Shown here one piece after another: positions 1-9,959 of a DNA stretch of 64,000 nucleotides. Where the stretch lies: positions 512,001 through 576,000 of the forward strand of contig CAVXTM010000018.1 in NCBI GenBank assembly GCA_963764725.1, read 5' to 3'. This DNA comes from an uncultured Gammaproteobacteria bacterium (GTDB lineage: Bacteria > Pseudomonadota > Gammaproteobacteria > JACCXJ01). A program made the translations under genes and the position numbers. Position 1 is the stretch's first letter. Each line of letters opens with the position of its first letter. Under the pieces are notes generated by a model. It was not told the origin of the DNA. It saw nothing but the letters and a program-made list of their open reading frames with translations, and made no database searches.

Positions 1-78
1 TTAATCGTCGTTTCGTACTCCGGAAAGTACCGACAGATGACGGGCAGTTCGAAGCTCTGCAGGATACTAGTATTGGGC

Positions 79-1680
79 GGGTGTAGATCGGTAACTGATA
101 TGATTTTATTGAAGTTGTGGCATGTTAGGGTAGCGTGAGCTGACAATTTGTCATGGCGGTAGAGAGGTGAAGGGGCAGTGGTCCTCGTGGATAATTCGTC
201 GTGCATTAATTCAACGAAATCCGGAGGCTGCCCCGATGCAAGTATTTCACACGACCAAGAACGATGCCACAGCTAAGAACGCGGCGATCGAACGACTGCA
301 CAAGGCAGTTGCGGAGCTGCGCGCCCGTCGTGGGGCGGAGGAGAACTTCGAAGGCTTTGAACAGGAGTTGCACGCCGTATTCATGGACGCCGAGTGCGAG
401 ATCCTCGCCGAGGAGCTGGAGCGGCTGGATGTGAACCAGCCGCAGCTGCTGATTGACGGGCACCTGCACCATCGGGTGCTACGCAGTTCGGAGACCTACC
501 TGAGCGCGGCGGGTGCGGTGAAAGTGTGGCGCACGCTGTACCGCCGTGGTCGCGATGGGGCGGTGGTGCCGTTGGAGTTGCGTGCGGGTATGGTGGCCGG
601 TCAGTTCACCCCGCGCGCGGCGCGCCAAGCGCTGTGGGCGGTGGCGCATCTGACCCCGCAGGAGGCCGAAGGGTTGTTTCGGGAAGTGGGCAACATGAGC
701 CCCTCGAAGAGCAGTCTGGATCGGTTGCCGAAGCAGTGCTCGGCGCAGTGGGAAGCGCAACGGGAACACTTCGAGGCGCAGTTGCACGGAGCGATGACGA
801 TTCCCGAAGCGGCGGTCACGGTGGCGGTGTCGCTCGATGGGGTGATGACGCCGATGAAGGACGGGGCACGCGCTGCCAAGCGCGACCAGGGTGTTGCCGA
901 AGGCAAGCGCACGAAAGGACCGGCCGGCTATCAAGAAGTGGGCTGTGCGACGCTGAGCTTTCACGATGTCGAAGGCGAGCGGCTGGGCACGGTGCGCATG
1001 GCGCGGATGCCGGAGTCAAAGAAAGCGACCGTGAAGACGATGCTAGCGGCGGAGGTGGCGGCCGCACTCCGACAACGCCCGCCGTTGCGGGTGGTCAAGC
1101 TTGCCGACGGGGCCAAGGACAACTGGACCTTCCTCAGCGATGAACTGCCCGCGGGTGAGGAGATCATCGACTTCTACCACGCCGCCGAGCATCTCAAAGC
1201 AGCGTTTGCGGTGGCCTACGGGGAAAACACCCCGAAGGCGCGCACCCAGTTTGAGACCTATCGGCACATCCTGCGCGCGGAGAACGATGGAGTCGAAAAG
1301 GTGATCCGCACACTCGCTTATCAGCGCGACCGGCATCCGCGCCGCAAGGTGCTAGCGACCGAGCTCGGCTACTTCCGCCGCAATCGAGCGCGCATGGGCT
1401 ATGCGGCGGCAAAAGCGCTGGGGTTGCCGATCGGCTCAGGTGTGGTGGAAGCGGCGTGCAAGACGTTGGTGACGCAGCGGATGAAACGCTCGGGCATGCG
1501 CTGGCGACACGAGGGCGGTCAAGCGATCTTGACATTGCGTGCGCTGGCGCAGAGCCAGCGCTTCGATCACGGCTGGCGGCTGCTCGCACAAACCTACCGT
1601 GCCCACGTCGCGGCTCCGGATAACGTCATTGCATTCCCTGGCGCCAAGGTACACTGATGATCAGTTTGAGACCTACACCC
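79..1680 (+). mobile_element. ISKra4-family insertion sequence, complete
   Basis: Imperfect TIRs GGGTGTAGATCGGTAACTGAT (79) and ATCAGTTTGAGACCTACACCC (to 1680); 8-bp TSD TATTGGGC at 71-78 and 1681-1688. Confidence 0.9.
167..1657 (+). CDS. ISKra4-family DDE transposase
   Basis: Motifs SLDGVM, LADGA..NW, DFYHAAEHL, PIGSGVVEAACK, RMKRSGMRW; true start may be downstream (~236). Confidence 0.88.
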   Translation: MKGQWSSWIIRRALIQRNPEAAPMQVFHTTKNDATAKNAAIERLHKAVAELRARRGAEENFEGFEQELHAVFMDAECEILAEELERLDVNQPQLLIDGHLHHRVLRSSETYLSAAGAVKVWRTLYRRGRDGAVVPLELRAGMVAGQFTPRAARQALWAVAHLTPQEAEGLFREVGNMSPSKSSLDRLPKQCSAQWEAQREHFEAQLHGAMTIPEAAVTVAVSLDGVMTPMKDGARAAKRDQGVAEGKRTKGPAGYQEVGCATLSFHDVEGERLGTVRMARMPESKKATVKTMLAAEVAAALRQRPPLRVVKLADGAKDNWTFLSDELPAGEEIIDFYHAAEHLKAAFAVAYGENTPKARTQFETYRHILRAENDGVEKVIRTLAYQRDRHPRRKVLATELGYFRRNRARMGYAAAKALGLPIGSGVVEAACKTLVTQRMKRSGMRWRHEGGQAILTLRALAQSQRFDHGWRLLAQTYRAHVAAPDNVIAFPGAKVH

Positions 1681-1892
1681 TATTGGGCTCGCGGGCTAGC
1701 AAGAACGCAAACGATTTCTCGACAAGCGTCTCGGCGCGCACCCGCCCACCTGTCAGCTTCTTATAGTAATCGGGCTCCACCGTCACCGTGTGGGTGGTCG
1801 TGGTCGTGCCCGTGACGGTTACTTTGAATGTTTTGTCATCTATCTGCTGGACCGAAACCATACCCAGTATTTTTCTCCAAATTCATCGATTG

Positions 1893-2375
1893 TCAGCGGC
1901 AAGCGTGCACATGAGCGCAGCAGGGTCGAGGCCAAAACTGGATGATACGTGCCAGTATTTCCAGCCGTTCAGGGTACACGGATCGTCTAGTACAACGCCA
2001 GTAGTTTTCAGTTAGCCACCGAAGCGCGTTGGACGACACATCCTTCCAGGCAAAGAACCGCGAGAGGACTACCAGCAGATGGCGTGATGGGTTGTCGAAA
2101 CGCCGGGGTACCGCTTGGCGCTCTTGGTAGTACGCCAGCTGCTTGCGTAGAAACAGATTCTCTGCCGCCAGCGCCGCATGGCTCCTCGTGCAGAGGGCCA
2201 GGAAAGCTAACGCGCTCCTGACAAGCATGCAGCAGAGAGCACCGAGCTCAATCAAACAGCGAACGAGGCGGCCAAGAGATTCCATGCCTCTAAGCTACAC
2301 CCGTATCTCAGTGGATGCCTAGCTGCCCCCGCAAAAGCAGGAAAATGCACGGTAGCATATTATTTGCGGAGCACA
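1893..2375 (-). mobile_element. 5' fragment of integrase-core (IS481/IS3-like) element, subfamily A
   Basis: LAAENLFLRKQLAYYQER motif shared with 31072-31677 and 36600-37693; terminus TGTGCTCCGCAAATAAT at 2375. Confidence 0.75.
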
Positions 2376-2813
2376 AGTAGTGTGGCGCCCAGTCGCGCGG
2401 ACTTGAATAGTGAGGCGATATGCAAAGCTCGTAATCAAGTCGTTTTCACAAAGAGAGGCTCCAATGTCGCCTCCGGGTCGCCAACGGGCCTACGGAGGAC
2501 TACATCAAGTAGTACGTCCCGCGCAATCGGGTGGTGTACCAACTGGTTCGACGTGTACGAGTTGGAAGAGCAATATCTCTGAAACAACAATTAAAATCGA
2601 GGCTCCAGCTTACGGCACCCGGGTTCTGTCAAACATACAAGGACAAAAGATTACGTTCGGTCGTTACAACGTGTCCAGTGCTGCCCTGCAACGCATCGGC
2701 CAATGGCATATTGGTGCCGATCGCCGGAACCACAGCGCTTCGTGAGCGAAGCGTGCTGGTGCTCAAGCCTTCTCTTCTTGCGCGATGAGCTCAGGCTGGT
2801 CGTTCTTGGATCG

Positions 2814-3439
2814 TTACCGTCTTACTGACAGGTAGACGAGCATCCGTTCCGAAGGATAAGGTTTCAAGTAGGCCGTGAGCCGGTCGGCGTCGGTGAGATC
2901 GGGGTCCATCCAGGTGTCGTAGTCCGCCGGCGCCAAGATGACTGGCATGCGGTCGTGAATTGGTTTTGTCAGCTCGTTGGCCTCGGTGACAATGATGGCG
3001 CAGGAATCGATGCTTTGCTCGTCTCGCGCCCAGTGTTCCCAGACCCCCGCGAACGCGAACGGCTCACCGTCCTTGAGCGCGATGAAGTACGGTTGCTTGG
3101 TGCGCTCGAGCTTGCGCCACTCATAGTAGCCATCGGCGGCAATGAGGCATCGCCGGTGACGGAATGCGTTTCGGAAGTTTCGGAAGGTTGGCTTCTCGGC
3201 CACGGACTGGCGCGTGCGTTGAATGGTGCTATAGCCGGTCCTCAGCTCCTTGGACCAGTACGGGATCAGGCCCCAGTATAGGGACACGAGTTCGCGGTTG
3301 CCCCGGCGGCGTTCCGCGCCAGCAGTAAGGCTTGCGTCGGTGCGATGTTGTACCGCGGGTTGAGGCTGAAACTCGCGCCCGTGCGGAATAGATCGGCAAA
3401 CTTCCGGACAGATGAGAATCGGGCGAACCGGCCGCACAT
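2814..3439 (-). pseudogene. SRAP family SOS response-associated peptidase (frameshifted)
   Basis: MCGRF start at 3439 is in a different frame from WGLIPYW, RRCLIAADGYYEW, FAGVWE and IHDRMPVIL. Confidence 0.85.
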
Positions 3440-3442
3440 CGG

Positions 3443-3934
3443 TCAACGCCTGCGAAATGCCCAGGGCGGTACCGGGTTTCGGTCTCGCCAGAGGCCGCGC
3501 CGCTCCGCCCGGGCTTTCTCCTCGGCCCTTCCGTAGGCCACCCGATCATCGGCCAGTTGCTCGCGCTCGCAGCGCTTGTAATGCCAGACCAGCCCGGATT
3601 GGATCTGATTGAGGCGCACATCCACCCCGTTCTCGAGCACCTTGCCGAGGATGCGCTTATAGCGGTCCCGCTTGTGAAACACCACCGAGACTGTCTTGTC
3701 GTACGCCAGATCCGAGAGGTGCCGCTTCGACACCTGCCCGAACGCTTGGCGCTTCTCGGGTGCGTCGATGCCCGTTAGCCGCACCCGATGTTGCTGCCGT
3801 TGGGCGGTCAGAACCGTGAGGGTGTCGCCGTCGGCGATGCCGACGACCCGGCCAGTCAGCTGATCGGCCCAGGCCGAGCCGATCAGCAAGGCGAACCCAA
3901 AGAGGGTGAGCAGTCGAAAAAACTGTCCGGTCAT
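3443..3934 (-). CDS. Thermonuclease (SNase-like) family protein
   Basis: Signal-like N-terminus, VVGIADGDTL, VRLTGIDAPE, DRYKRILG, ARAERRGLW. Confidence 0.88.
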   Translation of the reverse strand: MTGQFFRLLTLFGFALLIGSAWADQLTGRVVGIADGDTLTVLTAQRQQHRVRLTGIDAPEKRQAFGQVSKRHLSDLAYDKTVSVVFHKRDRYKRILGKVLENGVDVRLNQIQSGLVWHYKRCEREQLADDRVAYGRAEEKARAERRGLWRDRNPVPPWAFRRR

Positions 3935-4057
3935 GTCTTCATTTTCGCATTTGCCCGCACGAGCATGAAATTCCTCCGCAACTCCGGGATTACCAGCCTC
4001 GGTCTCTAAGTCCATAATTCTCTCGGGATACAGGTTGGAAAAATCGACAGGCATCCA

Positions 4058-4270
4058 ATGCTTAAACAGGTACCTCCAGAGAGCATGTCGCCCGACCAGC
4101 GCCGGGCCGAGGTGGCCATCCTGTTGGCCCTGGGGCTCGTGCGCCTCCGCGAGTACACCGCGCAGAACTCCGCAGGCCTGGACCCGGAGAGCGGGTTGGA
4201 CCTTGGCTTCCTTGGCGACCAGCGCGTTCATAGCAACCCCGTCAACGAGAGAACGAGGAAGGCGCAATGA
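4058..4270 (+). CDS. Small hypothetical protein of the type found upstream of DUF2924/serine-recombinase modules
   Basis: 70-aa ORF PESMSPDQRRAEVAILLALGLVRLR; stop overlaps the next ATG. Confidence 0.55.
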   Translation: MLKQVPPESMSPDQRRAEVAILLALGLVRLREYTAQNSAGLDPESGLDLGFLGDQRVHSNPVNERTRKAQ

Positions 4271-4360
4271 ACGTAAATGGACCCATCCCCGTAACGCCCC
4301 CGAGCGTGGCGGCCCAAATCGCCCGGCTGCCCGCGCTGTCGATGGCCGAGTTCAGGGAAG
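4267..4360 (+). pseudogene. DUF2924-like N-terminal remnant
   Basis: MNVNGPIPVTPPSVAAQIARLPALSMAEFRE, then abrupt loss of similarity. Confidence 0.45.
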
Positions 4361-4405
4361 CCCAGCAGTACTTTTCTTGTCAACGAAAAGGGCGTTTAAT
4401 TTTCT

Positions 4406-5787
4406 GGCTCATCGTGAAAGTGAGTGGGTAGAAAATGGTGTTTTCACAGTACCGGCAGCATGCAGGTAAGCACCTTGAGGCGCAGGTAATCCTCGTCGCG
4501 GAGTCCGTAGGCGCGGCGCTGGATGACGCGGATCTTGTTGTTGAGTCCTTCGACGAATCCGAGAGAGATCTTGTTCTCTGGTTTGCAATAAGCAGCGATC
4601 CCATCCCAATGGCGCTCGATCATCTCGGCGAATTTCTCGTACGGTTTCAGACGCTGCCATTTAAGCGCGTTACGCCAGTTCTCGAAGAAACGTCGCGCCC
4701 ACGCTTCACGCTCGTAGCTCCACAATTGGCCGAAAGATTCCTTGAGCAGATAAGCAGTGTTCAGCCGCTTGTTGGCGGCGAGGAGCCTCTTCAAGGCAGC
4801 TCGACCATCGAGGGTCAGATTCTCCCGCCGGGAGAGCAGGGTATATTTTTGGCCCTTGATGTAGGTACGTTTCTCGCCGCTGAGTCGGGCGTACTCCCCC
4901 TTGCGGACCTTATCGAGCGCTTCGCCCAGATGACGCGTCACGTGAAATTTGTCGAACAGGATGGCCGCCTGGGGCGCTTGTTCTCTGGTGCTGTTGCGAA
5001 ACGGCTTCCACATATCCATCACAGCCAAGCGCACCCCCTTGGTTTTACGCGGCCCCAGCCATTTGAAGAATTCGTCCATGCTGGCCTGAGAGCGGTCAGT
5101 CCCGCCAAACCAGATCGGTCGGCCACGGAGGAGATCGCTGACCACGATGCGATAGGTGTGACCCTTGCGGATGGCGATCTCATCGATGCCGATAACCGCA
5201 GGTCCTGGCCGGCCAGCCCGTGCAAGCTGCGCACCCATGTATTGCTTGTCCAACTCCTTGACCGTCTGCCAGTCGAGATCCAACTCATCGGCCACCGCTT
5301 TGATGGTGCTCGTGCGCCAGCGCCGCCCGACGTAGAAAGCAAAGCGCTTGGTGTAGAAAGGGTTGTCGGCCAGAAAGTCCAGACGCTCGCGCTTCACCTT
5401 GCCGCACTGCCGGCAATCCACACGCCGGACCTCCAACTCCAGCCGCACGTGCGTATCCCCGCAGGAGAGATCTCGAACCTGCCGCAGCTTCTTGTCGTAC
5501 CAACCGCGATGCAACGTACCGCAGACTCCACAGCGTGTTTTTTTGAGCGTCGTACAACCGTGACGATGCGCACCTTCGGTTCCCCGAAAACCCCGCGTAC
5601 CGCTGCTTGCGGACGAAAGCCGTCAAAGGCGTATGTGTCGGTGAGACGACGAGAGCGTTTGCGTTGGTAGCCTTCGCCACAGCATGCCAGAAATTACCGT
5701 CCCTTCAACCGGACGTAATCCCTTGCAGAGCAAGCCTTGCAGCGTGATCATGAAACCAATATTACCCACACGTTTTCACGAAGACCC
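4406..5787 (-). mobile_element. ISL3-family insertion sequence (copy 1)
   Basis: Ends GGCTCATCGTGAAAGTGAGTGGGTA and TACCCACACGTTTTCACGAAGACCC; 8-bp TSD AATTTTCT (4398-4405, 5788-5795); near-identical to 35214-36596. Confidence 0.92.
4444..5514 (-). CDS. ISL3 transposase (main frame; the orfA start is damaged in this copy)
   Basis: IGIDEIAIRKGHTY, MDMWKPF, FDKFHV, EGLNNKIRVIQRRAYGLR. Confidence 0.88.
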   Translation of the reverse strand: MHRGWYDKKLRQVRDLSCGDTHVRLELEVRRVDCRQCGKVKRERLDFLADNPFYTKRFAFYVGRRWRTSTIKAVADELDLDWQTVKELDKQYMGAQLARAGRPGPAVIGIDEIAIRKGHTYRIVVSDLLRGRPIWFGGTDRSQASMDEFFKWLGPRKTKGVRLAVMDMWKPFRNSTREQAPQAAILFDKFHVTRHLGEALDKVRKGEYARLSGEKRTYIKGQKYTLLSRRENLTLDGRAALKRLLAANKRLNTAYLLKESFGQLWSYEREAWARRFFENWRNALKWQRLKPYEKFAEMIERHWDGIAAYCKPENKISLGFVEGLNNKIRVIQRRAYGLRDEDYLRLKVLTCMLPVL

Positions 5788-5796
5788 AATTTTCTT

Positions 5797-5981
5797 ATAC
5801 GCGCCATTGACGACACATGCACCCATAACGGCGGTCCCTTAAGCGACGGCTTTATCCACGGGGACGAATCGAATGCCCCTGGCATGGTGCCCACTTCAAC
5901 ATCAAATCAGGCAAGGTCCAGCCACGGAAGACGTTGCCAAATACAGCCTCCGTTTCCACGGAGACGAAATTGAGGTCTAGA
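5797..5981 (+). pseudogene. Rieske [2Fe-2S] ferredoxin remnant
   Basis: AIDDTCTHNGGPLSDG followed after a frameshift by ECPWHGAHFNIKSG and PATEDVAKY. Confidence 0.7.
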
Positions 5982-6165
5982 TTGCCGGTGAAATAGCGGA
6001 TCTCAATTCAGAAAGGAGCAATCTTATGAAGTTCATGCTGACGTTCTCTTAGAACCCGGACCTGAAGACGCGGCCAGAGAATGAGCCATGACGACGCCAA
6101 GGCCAAGCTGCGTCAAGCAGTAGAGGTACCCAACAAGCCGTTGCGCTAATTCCCAGAGAAAGCGG

Positions 6166-6441
6166 ATGACCGAAAACATCAAGAAGCTGATCCTCGATCA
6201 CTTGCGAGCGCGGCATACTGATATTGTTGGACTGAGAGAGGGCTTGCGCGAGATCAAACAACGCCTCACTAGTCTGGAGAGTGCCTTTATCGGTCTACGC
6301 CGGGACATGGCCGACCAGCATGCCCGTTGCGACCGTCTGGCCGAAACGATTGGACGCATCGAGAAACGGCTAAGCTCGGAAGAAAATCTATCGAAACAAC
6401 TGAGATCATCGGAGCCTCCCAAAACCCATCCAGGCCAGTAG
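6166..6441 (+). CDS. Small coiled-coil hypothetical protein
   Basis: LILDHLRA...LREIKQRLTSLE...RIEKRL heptad pattern; purine-rich RBS. Confidence 0.55.
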   Translation: MTENIKKLILDHLRARHTDIVGLREGLREIKQRLTSLESAFIGLRRDMADQHARCDRLAETIGRIEKRLSSEENLSKQLRSSEPPKTHPGQ

Positions 6442-6534
6442 GTCTCAGGAGGAAAGCAGGCAACAGGCTCTGCAACTGGTTTTTGCAAAGCCCCATGGTG
6501 CAATCAATCGATTGGCGAACATCGTGCTTTCACC

Positions 6535-6650
6535 TGTCCGTCCCGAAAACTCATATGCGCTGGTCTTCGTGTCCCGATCTCACGCTGCAAGTCTTAGATA
6601 ATGATGATGAAGACCGCCAAGATCGGGGAGTTCGATGACGGTGCCCCTCG
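6535..6650 (-). mobile_element. Right end of integrase-core element, subfamily B
   Basis: Reverse strand encodes ...ELPDLGGLHHHYLRLAA*, then a terminus matching 15300-15399 and 21225-21310. Confidence 0.75.
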
Positions 6651-6752
6651 CACCGACATACTCACGTATGCGTAAGCTCGCAAGACCGTTTAAGCAGACG
6701 CTAGTTTGTGGCGGCGCGGCGCGCGAACAACGAACTAATTGCAACTCCTCCG

Positions 6753-6947
6753 TTAGGCGTTGAAATTGTCCCGCTTATCTCCATCCTTGCGCGTCTTGTT
6801 CAACAGGTACCCGAGACGTAAAACGACTACCAAGCTTAACGCTAGCCAACCGTATGGATAGGAGATTACTCCGGCGAAGAAGAGCGCCACGGTGGTTGCG
6901 AGCAACGCTCCGCTAACTAAGAATATGGGGTCGCCACGAAATCCCAT
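6753..6947 (-). CDS. Small membrane protein (2 TM)
   Basis: Two hydrophobic stretches, basic C-terminus. Confidence 0.45.
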   Translation of the reverse strand: MGFRGDPIFLVSGALLATTVALFFAGVISYPYGWLALSLVVVLRLGYLLNKTRKDGDKRDNFNA

Positions 6948-7354
6948 CTAAGCGCGTATACCTGGCTAGTATGTCGATAGCAATTTAGATGGGCCGGCTT
7001 AGCACGCGGTCGATTTTAGCATAGCTCGTGAGTTGTATCGGCAGTTCGCCCTGATCGGGAGCGTCACCTGGTGCTAGACTACATAGACACACCGGGATAG
7101 GGCGTCGTCTCATGCGGTGGCTGGAAAGATCGGCAGACTTCGCTGGGATTTGCGCGATCCACGTAGAGGCGCGCGCCACCAATAGCACGCCCAGTCTTTT
7201 TACCGATCGCTTGGCTATTACTCGGTCGGTCTATGGCCGCGAGGCGGCTATCCGCATGTCGCGCACCCTGCGCAGCGTGCGTTGGTCAGAACTGGACCTG
7301 AACGATGCGAAACTCACGTCTCGGCGCAAACTGTGGGCGTCTTAAGAATAATGG

Positions 7355-9121
7355 ATGGCTACTTGGGAGCAGCGTCCTATGGCGAATGATAAGCGCCGAA
7401 GGTCCTTTCGCCTCTCTGTGAAAGCCATTCTCATTGTCGCCGTGATTGTGATCACGGCCGTTGGGGGCGATCAGCGGCTTTTCGCGTCAACCAACGGCTT
7501 AGACTGGAATGCCTTCGTAAACCGCTTTATTGAGGACTACCTTGTGACACACCCTGACGTTGCCGTGGACGCCGGGCGCCATGAGTTCGACGGCAAGCTG
7601 CCTGACTGGAGTCCCGCGGCCCTCAAGAAGCAGGGCGACTGGCTCCGCTCTCATCGTAAGCGGGCATTAGCATTCAACCCTGCCAGGTTAAACGAACATC
7701 AACGCTTCGAGCGTGACTATTTAATCGCCGTTATCGATGGGAGCCTGTTCTGGCTGGCATCTGCAGAGTGGCCATACAAAAATCCGATGTCCTATGCGAA
7801 AGCACTCGACCCCAACGTGTATGTGACCCGCGAGTATGCGCCGCTGCCGGCTCGCATGCGGGCCTATATCGATTATGCCAAAGCGGTTCCCATCGCTGTC
7901 CAGCAGATCCGCAACAACCTCCGCACACCGCTGCCACGCACACACATCGAAGTCGCGAAGAAGGTGTTCGCTGGTCTAGCGACGTTTTACGAAAAAGACG
8001 TAGTCGCTGAGTTCGCCGCCGTCAACGATGCGAAACTTAGAAGCGAATTCGCGATCGCGAATGCGAAGGCGGCCCAAGCCATGAAGCGACTAGACCAGTG
8101 GTTCGAATCGCAGCGTGCCCTTGCCACCGAGAACTATGCACTCGGTCCGGCCCCTTTTCTTCAGATGCTCAAGGACACAGAAGGCTTGGATGTTTCCATA
8201 GAACAACTGCAGCACATCGGTCGCGAGGACCTTGATCGCAACCTTCGCGCTTTACGTGTCGCGTGCGCTAGCTTCGCGCCCGAGAAGCCGATCCAGGAAT
8301 GCATCGCCAAGGCGCAGGCCAACAAACCCAAGGGCGGTGCCGTCGTGGGTGCACGCCGTCAGCTTCCTCTGCTACGTTCATTCGTCGTAGCCAACGATCT
8401 GGTAAGCATCCCGGGTCCAGAAGAAGCCGGCGTCGCCGAGTCGCCTCCCTATAAACGCTGGAATCCCGCCTATATCGATATCCCGGGTCCTTTCGAGAAG
8501 CCTTTGCCCTCGGTGTACTACGTCGCACCACCCGACCCGTCCTGGTCCAAGGCTGAGCGTGAGGCGTATGTCCCGGGAGAGGCGCGGCTATTGTTTATCT
8601 CGGTGCACGAAGTATGGCCGGGTCACTTTCTGCAGTTCTTGCATTCGAACCGAGTGTCATCAAAGGTCGCCCGACTCTTTGTGGGATATGGATTTGCGGA
8701 AGGATGGGCGCACTACGCAGAAGAGCTCATGTGGGAGGCCGGGCTTGGCGATGGCGATGCTGGGGTCCATATCGGTCAACTACAAGACGCCTTGCGGCGA
8801 AATGTGCGCTTTCTGTCGGCGATCGGCTTACATGCGCAAGGCATGACAGTGAGAGAGTCAGAGCAGATGTTCCGCGACCTCGCGTATCAAGACATCGCCA
8901 ATGCCAGGCAGCAAGCGGCGCGCGGCACCTTCGACCCGGCCTATTTGAACTACACGCTAGGCAAGCTGATGATCCGAAAGTTGCGTAATGACTGGACCGG
9001 ATCCCGTGGAGGACACAAGGCCTGGCGCGCATTCCACGACAAATTGCTCTCCTACGGCGGTCCGCCGATCCCGCTGGTGCGCGAGGCGATGCTCGGACCC
9101 AATGCTGGTCCAACGTTTTAG
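7355..9121 (+). CDS. DUF885 family protein
   Basis: N-terminal TM/signal, HEVWPGHFLQF, FAEGWAHYAEELM, YLNYTLGKLMIRKLR, FHDKLLSYG. Confidence 0.9.
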   Translation: MATWEQRPMANDKRRRSFRLSVKAILIVAVIVITAVGGDQRLFASTNGLDWNAFVNRFIEDYLVTHPDVAVDAGRHEFDGKLPDWSPAALKKQGDWLRSHRKRALAFNPARLNEHQRFERDYLIAVIDGSLFWLASAEWPYKNPMSYAKALDPNVYVTREYAPLPARMRAYIDYAKAVPIAVQQIRNNLRTPLPRTHIEVAKKVFAGLATFYEKDVVAEFAAVNDAKLRSEFAIANAKAAQAMKRLDQWFESQRALATENYALGPAPFLQMLKDTEGLDVSIEQLQHIGREDLDRNLRALRVACASFAPEKPIQECIAKAQANKPKGGAVVGARRQLPLLRSFVVANDLVSIPGPEEAGVAESPPYKRWNPAYIDIPGPFEKPLPSVYYVAPPDPSWSKAEREAYVPGEARLLFISVHEVWPGHFLQFLHSNRVSSKVARLFVGYGFAEGWAHYAEELMWEAGLGDGDAGVHIGQLQDALRRNVRFLSAIGLHAQGMTVRESEQMFRDLAYQDIANARQQAARGTFDPAYLNYTLGKLMIRKLRNDWTGSRGGHKAWRAFHDKLLSYGGPPIPLVREAMLGPNAGPTF

Positions 9122-9213
9122 ACATCGTCCGCCCTCGCATTTCATTGGCCGTTGTCTAATCCGTGTAGTATGAGGATAGAGACTACCGCAAGGCGCGCGA
9201 TAATACGTTATTT

Positions 9214-9284
9214 TCATAACGTCAAATCAATGCGGACCAGTCCGCAGTTTAGCCGCGTAGCCGCTTGATTGTGTAACGTTTGGT
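9214..9284 (+). other. Degenerate attC-like imperfect inverted repeat
   Basis: CATAAC-GTCAAATCAATGCGGAC...GCCGCTTGATTGTGTAAC-GTTTGGT; AAC...GTT ends and internal L-box-like pairing. Confidence 0.4.
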
Positions 9285-9815
9285 AAGGGACTCCCAACGC
9301 CACAACCAAAGAGTTGACGGTGTCTGTAAGAGCGTGAACGATCTTCAGATCTGAACGCTAGGTCGTCGACCAGCAACGTAGCCACCACCGATAAGGAGGA
9401 CGTCAGTACGCTACGCCCTACGTCCCCGTGCTTACGCACGGGGGTTTATTTGAATCCACTTGCTTCGATATTCTCTTTTTACTTGAAGGAGAAGTTTGCA
9501 GTACGGATCGAACCATCCTTAAAGAGCACAACCAAGTGCCAGGATTTGTAAAATCATCCGCTGATCTCGATGCGTGCGTTCGAAACTCGGGTCCTCAAAT
9601 CGCCCCTGGAAAATTGGAAGCCCGTTATCGGAACGCTACGACGTGAATGCAAGAGACACCGGCACAATTCCATCGCCTTGCGCGTGGCCCCGTTTTTGTT
9701 CTTGCCGGAATGCGTCGTCAATACCTGCAGCCACGATGGGCAACAACGTGACAGTGGCGCCCCACTACCGGACAGCGCAAGAACATCGCGTGCGACGCGT
9801 CAATCGAGGTGCGGC

Positions 9816-9959
9816 CTATCTCTTCCCGCCGGGCTTCTTCGCGGTGGTGGGTTTTTTCGTCGGGCGTTTTGCGGGCGATTTCTTTGGGCTGCTCGCCTTC
9901 CGCGTGACCTTAGGCGGTGCTTTCGCAGTCTTCATCGCAGGTTTCATTGCTTTTGCCAT
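9816..9959 (-). CDS. 47-aa Lys/Pro/Ala-rich histone-H1-like small basic protein (below the ORF-track cutoff)
   Basis: GGAG RBS then MAKAMKPAMKTAKAPPKVTRKASSPKKSPAKRPTKKPTTAKKPGGKR*. Confidence 0.65.
   Translation of the reverse strand: MAKAMKPAMKTAKAPPKVTRKASSPKKSPAKRPTKKPTTAKKPGGKR

Larger units (their letters stand above)
1..1861 (-). pseudogene. Small conserved hypothetical protein split by the ISKra4 insertion
   Basis: N-part 1681-1861 (MVSVQQIDDKTFKVTV...SFAFLLAREPN) continues in frame in 1-78 (TSILQSFELPVICRYFPEYETTI) once the IS and one TSD are removed. Confidence 0.8.

Noticed and set aside
2364-2788. Short overlapping ORFs after the IS end
   Set aside because: No recognisable motif or consistent frame; cannot be supported.
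4435-5670. 411-aa antisense ORF across ISL3 (also 35254-36567)
   Set aside because: In-register antisense shadow expected from GC-rich codon bias; no recognisable motifs or RBS.
6026-6080. RBS plus MKFMLTFS start resembling DUF3303
   Set aside because: Stops after 8 codons; too short to call.
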